Made by a program: the position numbers and the translations under genes. Positions 48,151 through 58,170 of a DNA stretch of 64,000 nt are shown here, one piece after another (position 1 is the first letter of the stretch; each line of letters opens with the position of its first letter). Source of the stretch: a virus; IMG/VR virus record IMGVR_UViG_3300050821_007696, positions 20,236 through 84,235 of that record. The stretch is one strand, 5' to 3'. The notes below the pieces were generated by a model that searched no databases, was not told the origin of the DNA, and saw nothing but the letters and a program-made list of their open reading frames with translations.

Positions 48151-49191
48151 ATGACGCTGCGGTACGTCAGCCTGTTCAGCGGCGCAGGCGGGCTCGACCT
48201 GGGACTGACCCGGGCCGGCTTCACCCCGGTGATGGCCACCGACGAGAACCGGAACGCGTGCGCGACGCTGCGCTCGGCGATGCCGCCGGTCCCGGTAGTG
48301 CAGGCCGACATCCACGACCTGCTCAACGCCGGGGACACCGGGGTACTCGCCCGCCAGGCGCCGGACGGCCTCGTCGCGGGGCACCCGCCCCTGGTGAGCA
48401 GCGGCAGGTTCGACAAGCTGGCCGACCCGGACGGCGACGAGCCGCAGCTGCTCTACCGGTTCCTCGACGCCGTCGCCCTGGTCCGCCCGGCCGCGTTCGC
48501 CCTGGCTACCATCCCCGCGCTCGCCAGTCTCCGGTGGTCCGCGGTGATGACCCGGCTGCGGCGGCTGGCCCGTGACCACGGCTACGACACCTTCGCCCCC
48601 GTGCTCGACGCCGCCGACTACGGCGTGCCGCAGCACCGGGAGCTGCTGTTCCTGATCGGGATGCCGAAAGGCTGCAAGCCGGACGCGTCCGCCGCGGAAA
48701 CCACGGCCGGGCGGGCTAGTGCGGGCGCTGCGCTGGCAAATCTGCCGGCCGGGGCCAGGGACGTGCCGTGCCCGGCCGGGGTGACCCTCGCCGCTCACCC
48801 GGTGCTGCGCAACTCGCCGTACTCCGGGCAGCTGCTGTCGGGAACCGGGCGGATGCTCGACCTGCGCCGCACCGCGCCGTTCATCGCCGCGGCACTCGGC
48901 GGCAACCGCACCCCGGTACTCGACCTGGACCAGCTGGAGTACGGCGCGGCACCGTGGATTGAGCGTTACCACGAGTACCTGTCGAAATGGGGCGGTACCC
49001 CGGGTACGTTCGACGGGACGCCCGGCCGGATGCGCAGGCTATCGCTGCGGGAGTGCGCCGCGCTCCAGGGGTTCCCGCCCGGTCACCCGTTCAGCGGCAG
49101 CCCCGTCGCCCAGTTCAAGCTAGCGGGCGCGGCTGCTCCCCCGGCTCTCGGCGAGGCCGTCGGCCGCAGCATCCTGGCGGGACTGGCATGA
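48151..49191 (+). CDS. DNA cytosine-C5 methyltransferase homologue lacking the catalytic Cys
   Basis: SLFSGAGG, YGVPQHRE and RECAALQGFP present; motif IV reads GHPPL and motif VI reads ATI. Confidence 0.8.
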   Translation: MTLRYVSLFSGAGGLDLGLTRAGFTPVMATDENRNACATLRSAMPPVPVVQADIHDLLNAGDTGVLARQAPDGLVAGHPPLVSSGRFDKLADPDGDEPQLLYRFLDAVALVRPAAFALATIPALASLRWSAVMTRLRRLARDHGYDTFAPVLDAADYGVPQHRELLFLIGMPKGCKPDASAAETTAGRASAGAALANLPAGARDVPCPAGVTLAAHPVLRNSPYSGQLLSGTGRMLDLRRTAPFIAAALGGNRTPVLDLDQLEYGAAPWIERYHEYLSKWGGTPGTFDGTPGRMRRLSLRECAALQGFPPGHPFSGSPVAQFKLAGAAAPPALGEAVGRSILAGLA

Positions 49192-50030
49192 GACTGGAAT
49201 GGGTGGTCAAGTTCATCCTCTCCGTCATCTCCGGGGTGATCATCGCCCTGCTGGCGGTCTACCCGTCGCTCAACTACAACGACTGGGGCTACCTCGCGGC
49301 GGTTCCCTGCGGCTTCGCCCTGTTCCTCGTCCTCGAAGACGGCGAGCGGAAACGGAGAGCGCAGCGCCTCGCCTGGAAGCAAGCCGCCGCAAAGCGGGAG
49401 AAGATCAGGGCGCAGCGGGACCTTGAGCGGAAGGAACGGGAGCTGGGCCTGGTACCGCCGGCGGCGACCGGGGTACCGCTCACGGCGGTGCCGTTCGAGC
49501 GGGGCGACCCCCGGTACTGGGGCTGCGAGCACGCAGAGTGCGACCCGGCTTATCCCTGCCAGCGCAAGGCACCGAGGGTCACCCCGGTCAAGAGCGGGGA
49601 CGTGCCGCCGCTGGTTCAGCTTGCACAGGTAGCCGAGCAGCACCGGCTGCCCGTGCCGCCGGCCGTCGCGCACTCGATGGAGCAGTGGAACGCGCACGTG
49701 CAGGAACTGCAGGAGGCGCTGGCGGCGGAGGTGCAGGAAGCCCCGGAGGAGCCGGAGTACATCCCGGAAGGGCAGGCGGCCCTGGACGCGATGCTGCTCG
49801 CGCACATGCGGCAGCAGGTCAGGGACGCCGCTCCCTCACGGGCCGGGCACAGCGTGCCGTACCCCGGCACCTGGACAATGAACGCCGAGTGGGCCGCCGA
49901 GGTGCGCAAGCTGAAAAAGGCCGACGGCAGCCTGCTCTGGCACCCGGACTTGTACACGGTGCTCGGCTACACGGTTGAGCTAGGCGACGAGTACGGCGCT
50001 CCCAGCCTGGAGACAGGAGGCACACTGTGA
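49188..50030 (+). CDS. Membrane protein with a C-terminal capsid-like motif
   Basis: Two N-terminal TM helices, coiled coil, then WTMN...RKLKKADGSLLW...VLGYTV. Confidence 0.5.
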   Translation: MRLEWVVKFILSVISGVIIALLAVYPSLNYNDWGYLAAVPCGFALFLVLEDGERKRRAQRLAWKQAAAKREKIRAQRDLERKERELGLVPPAATGVPLTAVPFERGDPRYWGCEHAECDPAYPCQRKAPRVTPVKSGDVPPLVQLAQVAEQHRLPVPPAVAHSMEQWNAHVQELQEALAAEVQEAPEEPEYIPEGQAALDAMLLAHMRQQVRDAAPSRAGHSVPYPGTWTMNAEWAAEVRKLKKADGSLLWHPDLYTVLGYTVELGDEYGAPSLETGGTL

Positions 50031-50422
50031 CCGCGTTCAACGGGCCGTGCCCGGCGGACTGCCGGTGCGGGCGCCACCGGGGCAGCAGGCGGCCCGGCCC
50101 CGCGGAGGACGTCGCGCTGTTCCGCCGCCGGTTCTTCGAGCAGGTGCCGCCGCCGTACTACTGCACGCACTGCGGGGAGCCGGTCACCGCGGACGGCTAC
50201 TGGCGGGACGCCGGCTACCTGGTGCTGCAGCGCAGGGACGGCAACCCGCGGAACACCGCCGCCGGGAACCTCGCCCCGGCGCACCGCGCCTGCGTGCTGA
50301 CCGCCGCGCAGCAGCTGAAACGGGAGTGCGAGTGCGGCAAGGTCATGCGCCCGCTGAACATGGAACAGCACCGGCGCCGCACCGGGCACCAGCTGAAGGA
50401 ACCAGAGAGGGCTCTACCATGA
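50027..50422 (+). CDS. Degenerate HNH/zinc-finger protein
   Basis: CTHCG...RDGNPRNT..GNL...HRAC. Confidence 0.5.
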   Translation: MTAFNGPCPADCRCGRHRGSRRPGPAEDVALFRRRFFEQVPPPYYCTHCGEPVTADGYWRDAGYLVLQRRDGNPRNTAAGNLAPAHRACVLTAAQQLKRECECGKVMRPLNMEQHRRRTGHQLKEPERALP

Positions 50423-51718
50423 GTTATGCCCCTGACGCACCACCCGGTGCGCTTGTTCCGCCTGTCGTGCGGCTGCCTGCGCGAGTACCCGGTGATGCCG
50501 GCGGGCCTCCAGCACACGGTGCTGTGCATTACCTGCCGCCGGGAAGCGGTCACCGTCTTCGCCTACCCGGAGAAGGCATGCGGTGCCCGCGGGAGCTACG
50601 CCGGCTTCCCGCTGTCGTGCACCCGCGGAACAGGACAGTGCGCTGCCGGGCTGCACTGGGACGAGATCGCAGGGACTGAGTTCGCCGCCGGGTCGCCGAG
50701 GCTCGCACGGAGCCGCGAGGGAAGGACAGGGAGAGCATGAGGCTGCACGATCTGGCCACCGCCGTCCACAACCGGACGCACCGGCACTACACGGCGACCA
50801 GGGACGGCGTCGGGACATTCGCGTTCTGCGAGTCACGGCGGCCCGCCTGGCTGCTCGGCGGGGTCAAGGTCGCGTTCGCGCCGGACGGCAGCGAGGACCG
50901 CGCCTACGGCGTCCCGGTGGTCCGTTACGCCGGCGGGGACACGCTGTTCGAGCGGATGCTGTACGCCGACAGCAGCAAGCACGCGATGGCCCTGCTGCGC
51001 CAGGGATTCGGGGAAAGCTGATGGGGCCTAGCTGGTGGACTCCGGGGCTGGACCAGGCGGCTACCGCGCAGAGGGGAGTCGCCGGGACGCAGCCCGGCTG
51101 GTGCCAGGACTACGCGCGGGACCTGTGGGAGCTGCACGACAAGCGCGGGCAGGTTGCTGTCTGCGTCACCGCTGAACTGCTGGCACTGGGACCGCACGTG
51201 GAAGAGCTGTTTGAAATCAGGTTCGGCGTGCCGTTCCCGAAGGAGGACGAGTGACAGTCGCAAGTGAGGCAGGCATCGACGCGGCGGTCGAGGAGCTGAC
51301 CGACGCTGACCTGAGGCACAGCCCCCCGTGCGAGTCCCGGTACCTGCGGGTCTGGGAGTTCCGGAAGATCCGGGCGTTCACCCGGGGCGGTTACGACGGG
51401 CACCTGTGCGGGAAGCCGTCGGCCGCGCGGCTGCGCGTGCACTGCCGTAACTGCGGCGCGCGGTACCGCCTGTTCCTGTGCCGCTGGTGCGCGTGGCGGT
51501 TCAGGAACGGCGTGCTCATCGCGTGCCGTGCCTGCGGCAGGGAGGGCAAGTGCCGGGGAACGGAAAGCTGATGCCACTGCCCGACGAGCCGCTGCAGGGC
51601 GTCGGCGAGATCGCCGTCGCGCTCAACGAGCTGTTCACCAGCCTGAAGGCGGCTACCTTCACCGACTCGCAGGCGCTGTACCTGACCGGCAAGTTGGTCG
51701 AGGGGCTGGCGGCCCGCA

Positions 51719-52555
51719 GTGCGTAAGTTCCGCATGCTCGCCGGGTGCGAGTGCTCCGGTGAAGTTCGCAACGCGTTCGCGGCGAGGGGCTGGGAGGCGT
51801 GGTCGGCGGACATCGAGCCGAGCGAGACTCCGGTGATGACGTTCGTTGCGGCGGAGAACCGCTGGGTGAACGTCCCGGACCAGCCCGAGGCGGGCACGCG
51901 CGTCCGGCACTACCAGGGCGACGTGCGGGACCTGTTCAAGATCACTCATCCGGTCAACCGGGTGCGCGGGTACGAGATCCTGCACCGGCACGCGGGTACC
52001 ATCGGCGGCCCCGAGCAGAACTTGTGGGACCTGTTCATCGGCTTCCCGCCGTGCACGCACCTGTCGCTGGCCGGGGCGGTGTGGTGGAAGCAGAAGCGCG
52101 TTACCCGGGTAGGACCGGGCGGGGAGTACCCGTTGCCGTCGGTGCAGGACGAGGCGGCGGACTTCTTCATGGAGATGACCCGCGCCCCGGCACCGCACGT
52201 GGCGGTGGAGAACCCGCGCGGCGACATGACCCGCCGTTACCGGCCGCCGGACCAGTACGTGCAGCCGTGGTGGTTCGGTGACCCGCTGGTGAAGGCAACC
52301 GGGCTGTGGCTGGGGAACCTGCCGCTGCTCGTCGCGGACAACCCGGTCACGCCATCGGGCCGGGTGGCAACCGGCGGGGGCAGCTGGCGCACTGACCGGG
52401 ACAACCCGAAGGAAGGGTGGGAGCCGAGTAACACGCACGAGGACGGCAAGGGCCGCAGGTTCCGGCAGCGGGAGCGCAACCGCACCCTGCCCGGCCTCGC
52501 CCGCGCGATGGCGGACCAGTGGGGTGCCTACGTCGAGGAGCAGCATGCCGAGTGA
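51719..52555 (+). CDS. Phage DNA cytosine methyltransferase
   Basis: CECSG..R.AF, FPPCTHLS, ENP, QPWWFG, K.TGLWL and T.PG.A.AMA.QWG motifs. Confidence 0.75.
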   Translation: MRKFRMLAGCECSGEVRNAFAARGWEAWSADIEPSETPVMTFVAAENRWVNVPDQPEAGTRVRHYQGDVRDLFKITHPVNRVRGYEILHRHAGTIGGPEQNLWDLFIGFPPCTHLSLAGAVWWKQKRVTRVGPGGEYPLPSVQDEAADFFMEMTRAPAPHVAVENPRGDMTRRYRPPDQYVQPWWFGDPLVKATGLWLGNLPLLVADNPVTPSGRVATGGGSWRTDRDNPKEGWEPSNTHEDGKGRRFRQRERNRTLPGLARAMADQWGAYVEEQHAE

Positions 52556-52788
52556 GATCACGGTGCACACCGGGTTCGGCGACTACACGTTCACTGAGTG
52601 CCAGGTGAGCAAGGACGGTGAGAGCCTGATCGTCAAGCGCAACGGGGTGCCGCTGCTGTGGGCTAGCTGGCCGTGGACGGTGACCTTCACGTGAGCCGGA
52701 GGTTCTACCGGGGAATCCGCTGCCGGACCTGCTGGCGGCTGTTCCTGGACTGGGCGGACCACGCCCGGCACGTTAAGAGGAGGAAGCA

Positions 52789-53319
52789 TTGATCGACAGC
52801 TGCGTCGGGCTCGACCCGGGACCGGCTACGGGCATGTGCTTCCTGGACTACAACGCCGGGAGGCTCGTCGGGCGCAGCCTGATCCAGGCGGTGGGCGCGG
52901 ACGCTGCTGTCGTGCTGCAGGGCATGCTGAATACGTACTACTCCGGCAAGCCGTACCCCGTGGGCAAGCGTGTCGCGTCGGTGGAGAAGTTCGTCACCGG
53001 GCGCAGCGCGGGCAGCCGCGGCAAGCCGGCCGACGTCACCCGGCAGCTGGTATACGAGCTGGCCGAGGTGCTGGAGATGTTCGGCTACACGGTGAAGATC
53101 CGCCCGGCCGCGGACGTCAAGCCGTGGGCGAGCGACAAGCGGCTGGTGGCCGCCGGGGTCGTGCCGTCGCTGAAAGGCATGCACGGCGACATGAACCATG
53201 CCTACGACGGTGCCCGGCACTGCCTGTTCGGGGCAAGGGACGCGGGAATCATCCAGGACCCGCTGCTCAAGACAGGTATACTGGTGAGTCCTGATGACAG
53301 CAAGGGAGCTACTGCGTGA
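52789..53319 (+). CDS. RuvC-like Holliday junction resolvase
   Basis: GLDPG..TG, VEKF and HAYDGARH acidic motifs. Confidence 0.7.
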   Translation: MIDSCVGLDPGPATGMCFLDYNAGRLVGRSLIQAVGADAAVVLQGMLNTYYSGKPYPVGKRVASVEKFVTGRSAGSRGKPADVTRQLVYELAEVLEMFGYTVKIRPAADVKPWASDKRLVAAGVVPSLKGMHGDMNHAYDGARHCLFGARDAGIIQDPLLKTGILVSPDDSKGATA

Positions 53320-54520
53320 GTACTGTTGAACACGAGCACGACTGGGGCGACTGGACCCGGTGGATCTTCTACGGCTCCGGCCTGGACATCCGCGAGAAGT
53401 TCTGCCGCGACGACCCCTGTACCGGCAACGACTACGAGACGCGCAAGCACCAGCACGACTACCAGGCGGGCGTACCCGACCCGTTCGCGCCGGTCGGCAG
53501 CGGCCTCACCCTGAAGATCTGCTCCGCCTGCCACGACGTTAAGAGCTGAGGATGGGTCCGTCCAGTGGGCACGTCTGGTCCGTGTGGAGTGCCTGGCAGG
53601 ACATGGGCAACGGCGAGGAGATGCGCGAGCGGCACTGCATGGTGCCCGAGTGCGGCGAAACCGAAATCCAGACCCGGAGAAAGAAGAAGTAGCGCATGAG
53701 CAACTGCAAGTGGAAGACCGGGTGGGCGTCCCTCACCCCGCCCGGCAAGGTCATCTACACCGCGATCTGGGTGTTCGCCCTCGGGTGCTTCCTGTGGGGC
53801 TTCGGCGTCATCTGAACGAAAGGAAAGGCAATGGGAGACGAAACCCGCTGCCCGTACTGCCAGTGCTTCTTCCCGACCAGCGAGATCGAGGCGCACAAGC
53901 GGGACTGCTCCGACCGGCCGCGCGGGAGGTAAAGGCATGAGCAAGGGAGAGTGCGCCCAGTGCGGCGGCGCCGGCAAGCGAGAGTGCCCCTTCTGCCAGG
54001 CGAAAGGCTGTCGTCAGTGCGGCGGCACCGGCAAAGTCCAGTGCCCTGACTGCCACGGCACCGGCTCAAGGTAAAGAAAGGACCCGTGTGAGAATCGTGG
54101 GCAGGAAGGCGGGCGAGCCCCGCAGGCTGCCTCCCGTCACCGCGGCGCCGCTGCCGGAGGCGATCCCCGACGAGCCGTGCGACCGCTGCGGTGCTCCCGC
54201 CCGGCACCTGGTCCGGGTCTCCTACCGGCAGCCCCCGCACGGCACCTGGAAGCGCGGAAGGCTGATGTTCTGCGAGCACCACTACCGCGAGCACGAGACT
54301 GACCTGCTGGTCTGCGGCTTCGTCTGGAACATCTGATGATCCCCGGGCGCGCGGAGACCGACGAGCAGAAGCAGGAGATCCTGCGGCGGCTGCTGGAAGC
54401 CTGGCGGAAAAAGCCGTCGATGCGGCTCGGCCAGCTGGTCTACGTCGCTACCGCCGGGCGGGACATCTTCAGCGACGAGGACGAGCAGCTGGCCACCGAC
54501 ATCGAAACCTGGACAGGCTG

Positions 54521-55015
54521 ATGACCCCCGGACTGCGGCCGATAGCACGGCAGTCAGCGCGGGCGCTCCCGGTCAGTGACGACGGGCGCCTGCTCCTGAT
54601 CCGGCGGGTCAGGCCGGGGCTGCCCCCGTACTGGACGACAGCCGGCGGCGGCATAGAACCCGGTGACCCCTCGGCTGAGGCCGCGATGCACCGCGAGCTG
54701 TTCGAGGAACTCGGGGCGACCGCCGCCGGCGCGTCACAGGTGCTCCTGGTCAGCTCGGTGTTCAGGACGGGGCTGACCGTCCAGCGTTTCTTCGTTACGC
54801 GCCTGGTCAGCCTCGACCTCTCCGCGCGCACCGGCACTGAGGTCAGCGACAAGGCCCGCGGCACGTACGACCCCGGGTACTTCGACCTGCACAGCAGGTT
54901 CCTCTCCAGGAGCCTGCTGTGCGCCGACATCCGCCCTCCCGAGCTGGGGCCGTTCATCCTGGCCAACCGCGAGGCCATCCTCGCCGAAGCCGCCCGCTTC
55001 TCACCGGGCGCCTGA
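54521..55015 (+). CDS. Nudix hydrolase
   Basis: Nudix box GGGIEPGD...AMHRELFEELG. Confidence 0.9.
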   Translation: MTPGLRPIARQSARALPVSDDGRLLLIRRVRPGLPPYWTTAGGGIEPGDPSAEAAMHRELFEELGATAAGASQVLLVSSVFRTGLTVQRFFVTRLVSLDLSARTGTEVSDKARGTYDPGYFDLHSRFLSRSLLCADIRPPELGPFILANREAILAEAARFSPGA

Positions 55016-55591
55016 TGTTCCAGGTCCTGGTGAAGACGACCCCGCACATGCAGGGCAGCTACCCGTACACGTTCGAGCACCGGGAAGACCGTGACGCGTT
55101 CGTCATGCGCGGCGACATCTGGTGGTACCACTTGGGCGAGGACGACGACTGGGACTGGCGCAAGGGCGGCGCGTGGGAGATCGCGGCAATGCAGAGCGGG
55201 ATACCCGGTGACTTGTCGCCGATGCGCGCGGGCACGCCAGCGGTCCCTGATATCCCGAAGGTACCAACCATCGAGACAAGCCGGACCGTACAGGCAAATC
55301 CTGCTGAGGGGAACGAGGAGGACGATGCCCGGTGGTGACCGCCGGAAGGTAATCAGCTGGTGCGTACTCTGCCACCATGCGATCGTGCCCGCGGAAGACG
55401 GCGGCTGGGGGCACTGCAGCAACGACGACTGGGCCGGCCCGGACAGCGAGTGCACGTGCGCCTGGAGCCTGGTCCCGTGCCGCCCGCCGCGCAGGACCCT
55501 GCGCCGGGGCCGCATCCAGGGGTACAGCCCGCCGCTGATCGTCTACGACGAGGTTAAAGACTTCGGCAAGGGCGCTCCGTAGACTGGCCGC

Positions 55592-56446
55592 ATGAGCTTC
55601 ACCCTCGCGTTCGACGTCACCGCCGCGAACTACGCCAGCGCCCCGAAGAACTACCAGCTGGCCGGCTACGACACCGGGCCGGGTGTCGCCTGGACCCCGG
55701 CGATGTGGGCCGCGCACCCCGGCGCCGTGCACATCGCCCAGTCCCCGGACCTCGCCCTCGACGAGGGGCACACCTCCGACGTCCTCGACTGCGAGGACGG
55801 CGCCATGGCCGTCGGGTCGCCGGACATCGCACGGTGGGCGAGGTACGCGCTGGCGTCGTACGCGTCGGCGAAGCGCCCCGGGCAGCGCAGGCCCGCCCTG
55901 TACCAGTCGGCGTCCAGCGTCACCGCGAACGTCAATGCGCTCGTAGCGGGCGGCGTCACTTCTGGCGTCGGGCTGTGGATCGCCAACTGGAGTCTCTCGA
56001 CGGCCGCCGCGATCGCCGAGCTAGCTGCCGCGTCCGGCCCGTTCGCGATCATCGGCATTCAGTTCAACGACAACGGGCCGACCGACAGCGACGTGTTCTC
56101 GACGGGCTGGCTCGACGCCGTCTCCGGCAACGGGTGGGTGTTCGGCCCGGTCCGCAACGTCGCCTGGACGGGCGGAATAACCTCGTTCAGCGTGGTGTTC
56201 ACCTCCCCTGGGACGCCGGAAAGCCAGGGCGTCAGCGAGTACGAGATCGCCGTGTGCGAGGGGAACCAGTTCACCACGGAGACCGCCAGCTACCCGCGGT
56301 ACACCCCGGAGGGCACCGACCCGCAGCACTTCCAGGGCGGCAGCCTCAAGTCCGGAACGTCCTACACCGCCGGCGTCCGCGCGCTCGCCAGCGGCGGCGC
56401 CCACGCAGGCCCCTGGGTCGCCGGGCACTTCACTACAGGAGGGTAA
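55592..56446 (+). CDS. Putative endolysin: GH25-like catalytic domain plus Fn3-like domain
   Basis: AGY, LDCEDG, RPALY, LWIANW, IQF and DSDVF motifs; C-terminal LKSGTSYTAGVRA. Confidence 0.6.
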   Translation: MSFTLAFDVTAANYASAPKNYQLAGYDTGPGVAWTPAMWAAHPGAVHIAQSPDLALDEGHTSDVLDCEDGAMAVGSPDIARWARYALASYASAKRPGQRRPALYQSASSVTANVNALVAGGVTSGVGLWIANWSLSTAAAIAELAAASGPFAIIGIQFNDNGPTDSDVFSTGWLDAVSGNGWVFGPVRNVAWTGGITSFSVVFTSPGTPESQGVSEYEIAVCEGNQFTTETASYPRYTPEGTDPQHFQGGSLKSGTSYTAGVRALASGGAHAGPWVAGHFTTGG

Positions 56447-56640
56447 TCGTCATGACGTCGCCGAAGCAGGCACTGCAGGACGCCGACGCCGGCCTCGTCT
56501 ACCTGGTAGCCAGCTCTGCCGCGCTCGTGCTGGCTGCGCTCGTGCTCGCGGTACTGACGTGAGCGACGGCGTGCTCCTGCTCTGGATCGTCATCGGCGTC
56601 ATCGTGCTGGCCTGGCTGAACCGCAGGCGGCCCCGCCCGT

Positions 56641-56656
56641 AATGCCAGCTGGCACT
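56641..56656. promoter_or_regulatory. 16-bp palindrome, copy 6 (1 mismatch)
   Basis: AATGCCAGCTGGCACT overlapping a TAA stop. Confidence 0.7.
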
Positions 56657-56894
56657 CAGCCATGCTCACCCGCACCCCGGGCAGCGCACCAGGCTGCGGC
56701 CGTTCCAGACCGTGCCGGAGTCATGGCACCGGGAGCAGCGGCACTTGCACGGCGATCCGTAAGGGCACACACCTAAGCATTGCACCCGAGCCAGCTGACC
56801 CGGCAGTGGTCGGTGACGCCGTGCACGCCCCGGCAGCCGGCGCACTGGCAGTTGCAGCCGCGTCCCTTCACTGTTCCTCCCGGGAAACTATGGT

Positions 56895-56927
56895 GCCCCC
56901 CCTACCCATGCCCAGGGTAGGGGGGGC
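56895..56927. terminator. Strong hairpin at the convergence of the + and - gene blocks
   Basis: 13-bp perfect stem GCCCCCCCTACCC/GGGTAGGGGGGGC with a 7-nt loop. Confidence 0.65.
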
Positions 56928-56928
56928 G

Positions 56929-57002
56929 ATGACATCGGGGGACTTGAACCCCCAATACCCGGTTCCGAATACCGGTGCGTTTTCCGATTACGCTAGGTGT
57001 CG
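56929..57002 (-). tRNA. tRNA-Arg(TCG), atypical acceptor stem
   Basis: CCGGT-AT-TCG-GA-ACCGG anticodon arm; GGGGG-TTCAAGT-CCCCC T arm; two C-A mismatches in the acceptor stem. Confidence 0.65.
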
Positions 57003-57008
57003 GTTGGC

Positions 57009-57146
57009 GTCTTCGTGATCGTTGAGGTGCAGCCGCTCTTCCGAGGGGTGATGCTCTGCCAGCTGAGCTACGCCCCGATGCTGGACGGGGCGCGGGGGGT
57101 CGAACCCCGGACCTTCACCTTGACGTAACTGCCCTCGCGGGAAGAC
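57009..57146 (-). ncRNA. Circularly permuted tRNA-like RNA (YrlA/Y-RNA-like)
   Basis: Order on the minus strand: GGTGA, T arm, CGCCCCG, loop TCCAGCAT, CGGGGCG, D arm, TCACC. The flanks pair into an extended bulged stem. Confidence 0.8.
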
Positions 57147-57266
57147 CTGAAGGCTAACGGCTCGAAGGACAAGGAGCGAACGGCTGAGCAGCACGGCTCC
57201 CGGCTAACGGCTGATGCTAGGTCCTTACAGGAGTAACACTACCGCACGCCGGGCGCACGCGCAAAC

Positions 57267-58031
57267 TTACGGCCGCCGCAGCCACTCGAAGATCGCCGCG
57301 CCCTCGTTCAGCTGGGTGACCTGCGCCGAGTTCGCCTCTTCCCTCGCCATCTTCACCGCGGTCCGCAGCTGCGACAGCCGGTCGGTCAGCTGCGCCTTCC
57401 GTTCGGCGGGCAGCGCACCCGAGTAGTTCACCGTGGTGGTGTACTCGACGACCTCGTCGCGGGTCATCACGTCCACGATCTCCTGGAACTTGTCGGTGCC
57501 GTTGCCGCGGTGCCAGTTGAACGGCACCTTCTCCTTGCGGTCGCCTTCCTTCTCGGCCGACTTCCACTGGCCCGGCTCGACGTTCTCCGTCGTCCAGGTC
57601 TGCGCCCCGTCGAGCACCGGGATGCCCGCGACCAGCGTCAGCAGCTTGCCGATCTCGCCCTCCAGGTACACCAGGTGACGTACCGGGACGTCGTGCAGCA
57701 GCACCTCGCCGTCTACGGTGACGTCCGCCTTCGCGGCGCCCTGCGCGGTGTCCAGCGTCAGCGCCAGGTCCCAGCCCTGGGTCAGCACCTTCTCCGCGTC
57801 GGCCAGTGCCTGTCCGGCGGTGTACCGGACCTTGGTCACCTGGGGAGGCGTAGCACGCCGCCGCTGCCGGTTCTTCTCCTCGCCGTCCGGGTCGGTCAGC
57901 CGGGACGTCTTGACCAGGCCCGTCATCAGGGTCTCACTGTGCGCGGCCTGGGTCAGCCGGGTTACAGCCGCGTCGGTCTCGGCCTTGACGCCGCCGATAA
58001 CCGCGAGCAGCTGGTGAATGCGAACAGCCAT
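57267..58031 (-). CDS. Conserved actinobacterial/phage protein (DUF7873-like)
   Basis: IHQLLAV..GVK, A.ADVTVDG.VL..DVPV..L.YLE and SGALP...L..AVK.AREEAN motifs, recognised from memory of Streptomyces homologues. Confidence 0.65.
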   Translation of the reverse strand: MAVRIHQLLAVIGGVKAETDAAVTRLTQAAHSETLMTGLVKTSRLTDPDGEEKNRQRRRATPPQVTKVRYTAGQALADAEKVLTQGWDLALTLDTAQGAAKADVTVDGEVLLHDVPVRHLVYLEGEIGKLLTLVAGIPVLDGAQTWTTENVEPGQWKSAEKEGDRKEKVPFNWHRGNGTDKFQEIVDVMTRDEVVEYTTTVNYSGALPAERKAQLTDRLSQLRTAVKMAREEANSAQVTQLNEGAAIFEWLRRP

Positions 58032-58170
58032 GCCTTTCTCCTTCTTCCTAGTTCCCGCCCTTGCAGACGCACATAACGCACGTGCACTTGCACTTAGCGG
58101 GGCACGAGCACTGGATCGTGCTTACCGTCGCCCCGCAGCAGCTGTCCTTCGTCGTACTTTCCTTCCGGTT

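Noticed and set aside
57047-57119. Functional permuted tRNA-Asp gene
   Set aside because: GTC-AA precedes the 3' half, but a clean 7-nt anticodon loop cannot be rebuilt and the flanks form an extended stem; a Y-RNA-like mimic fits better.
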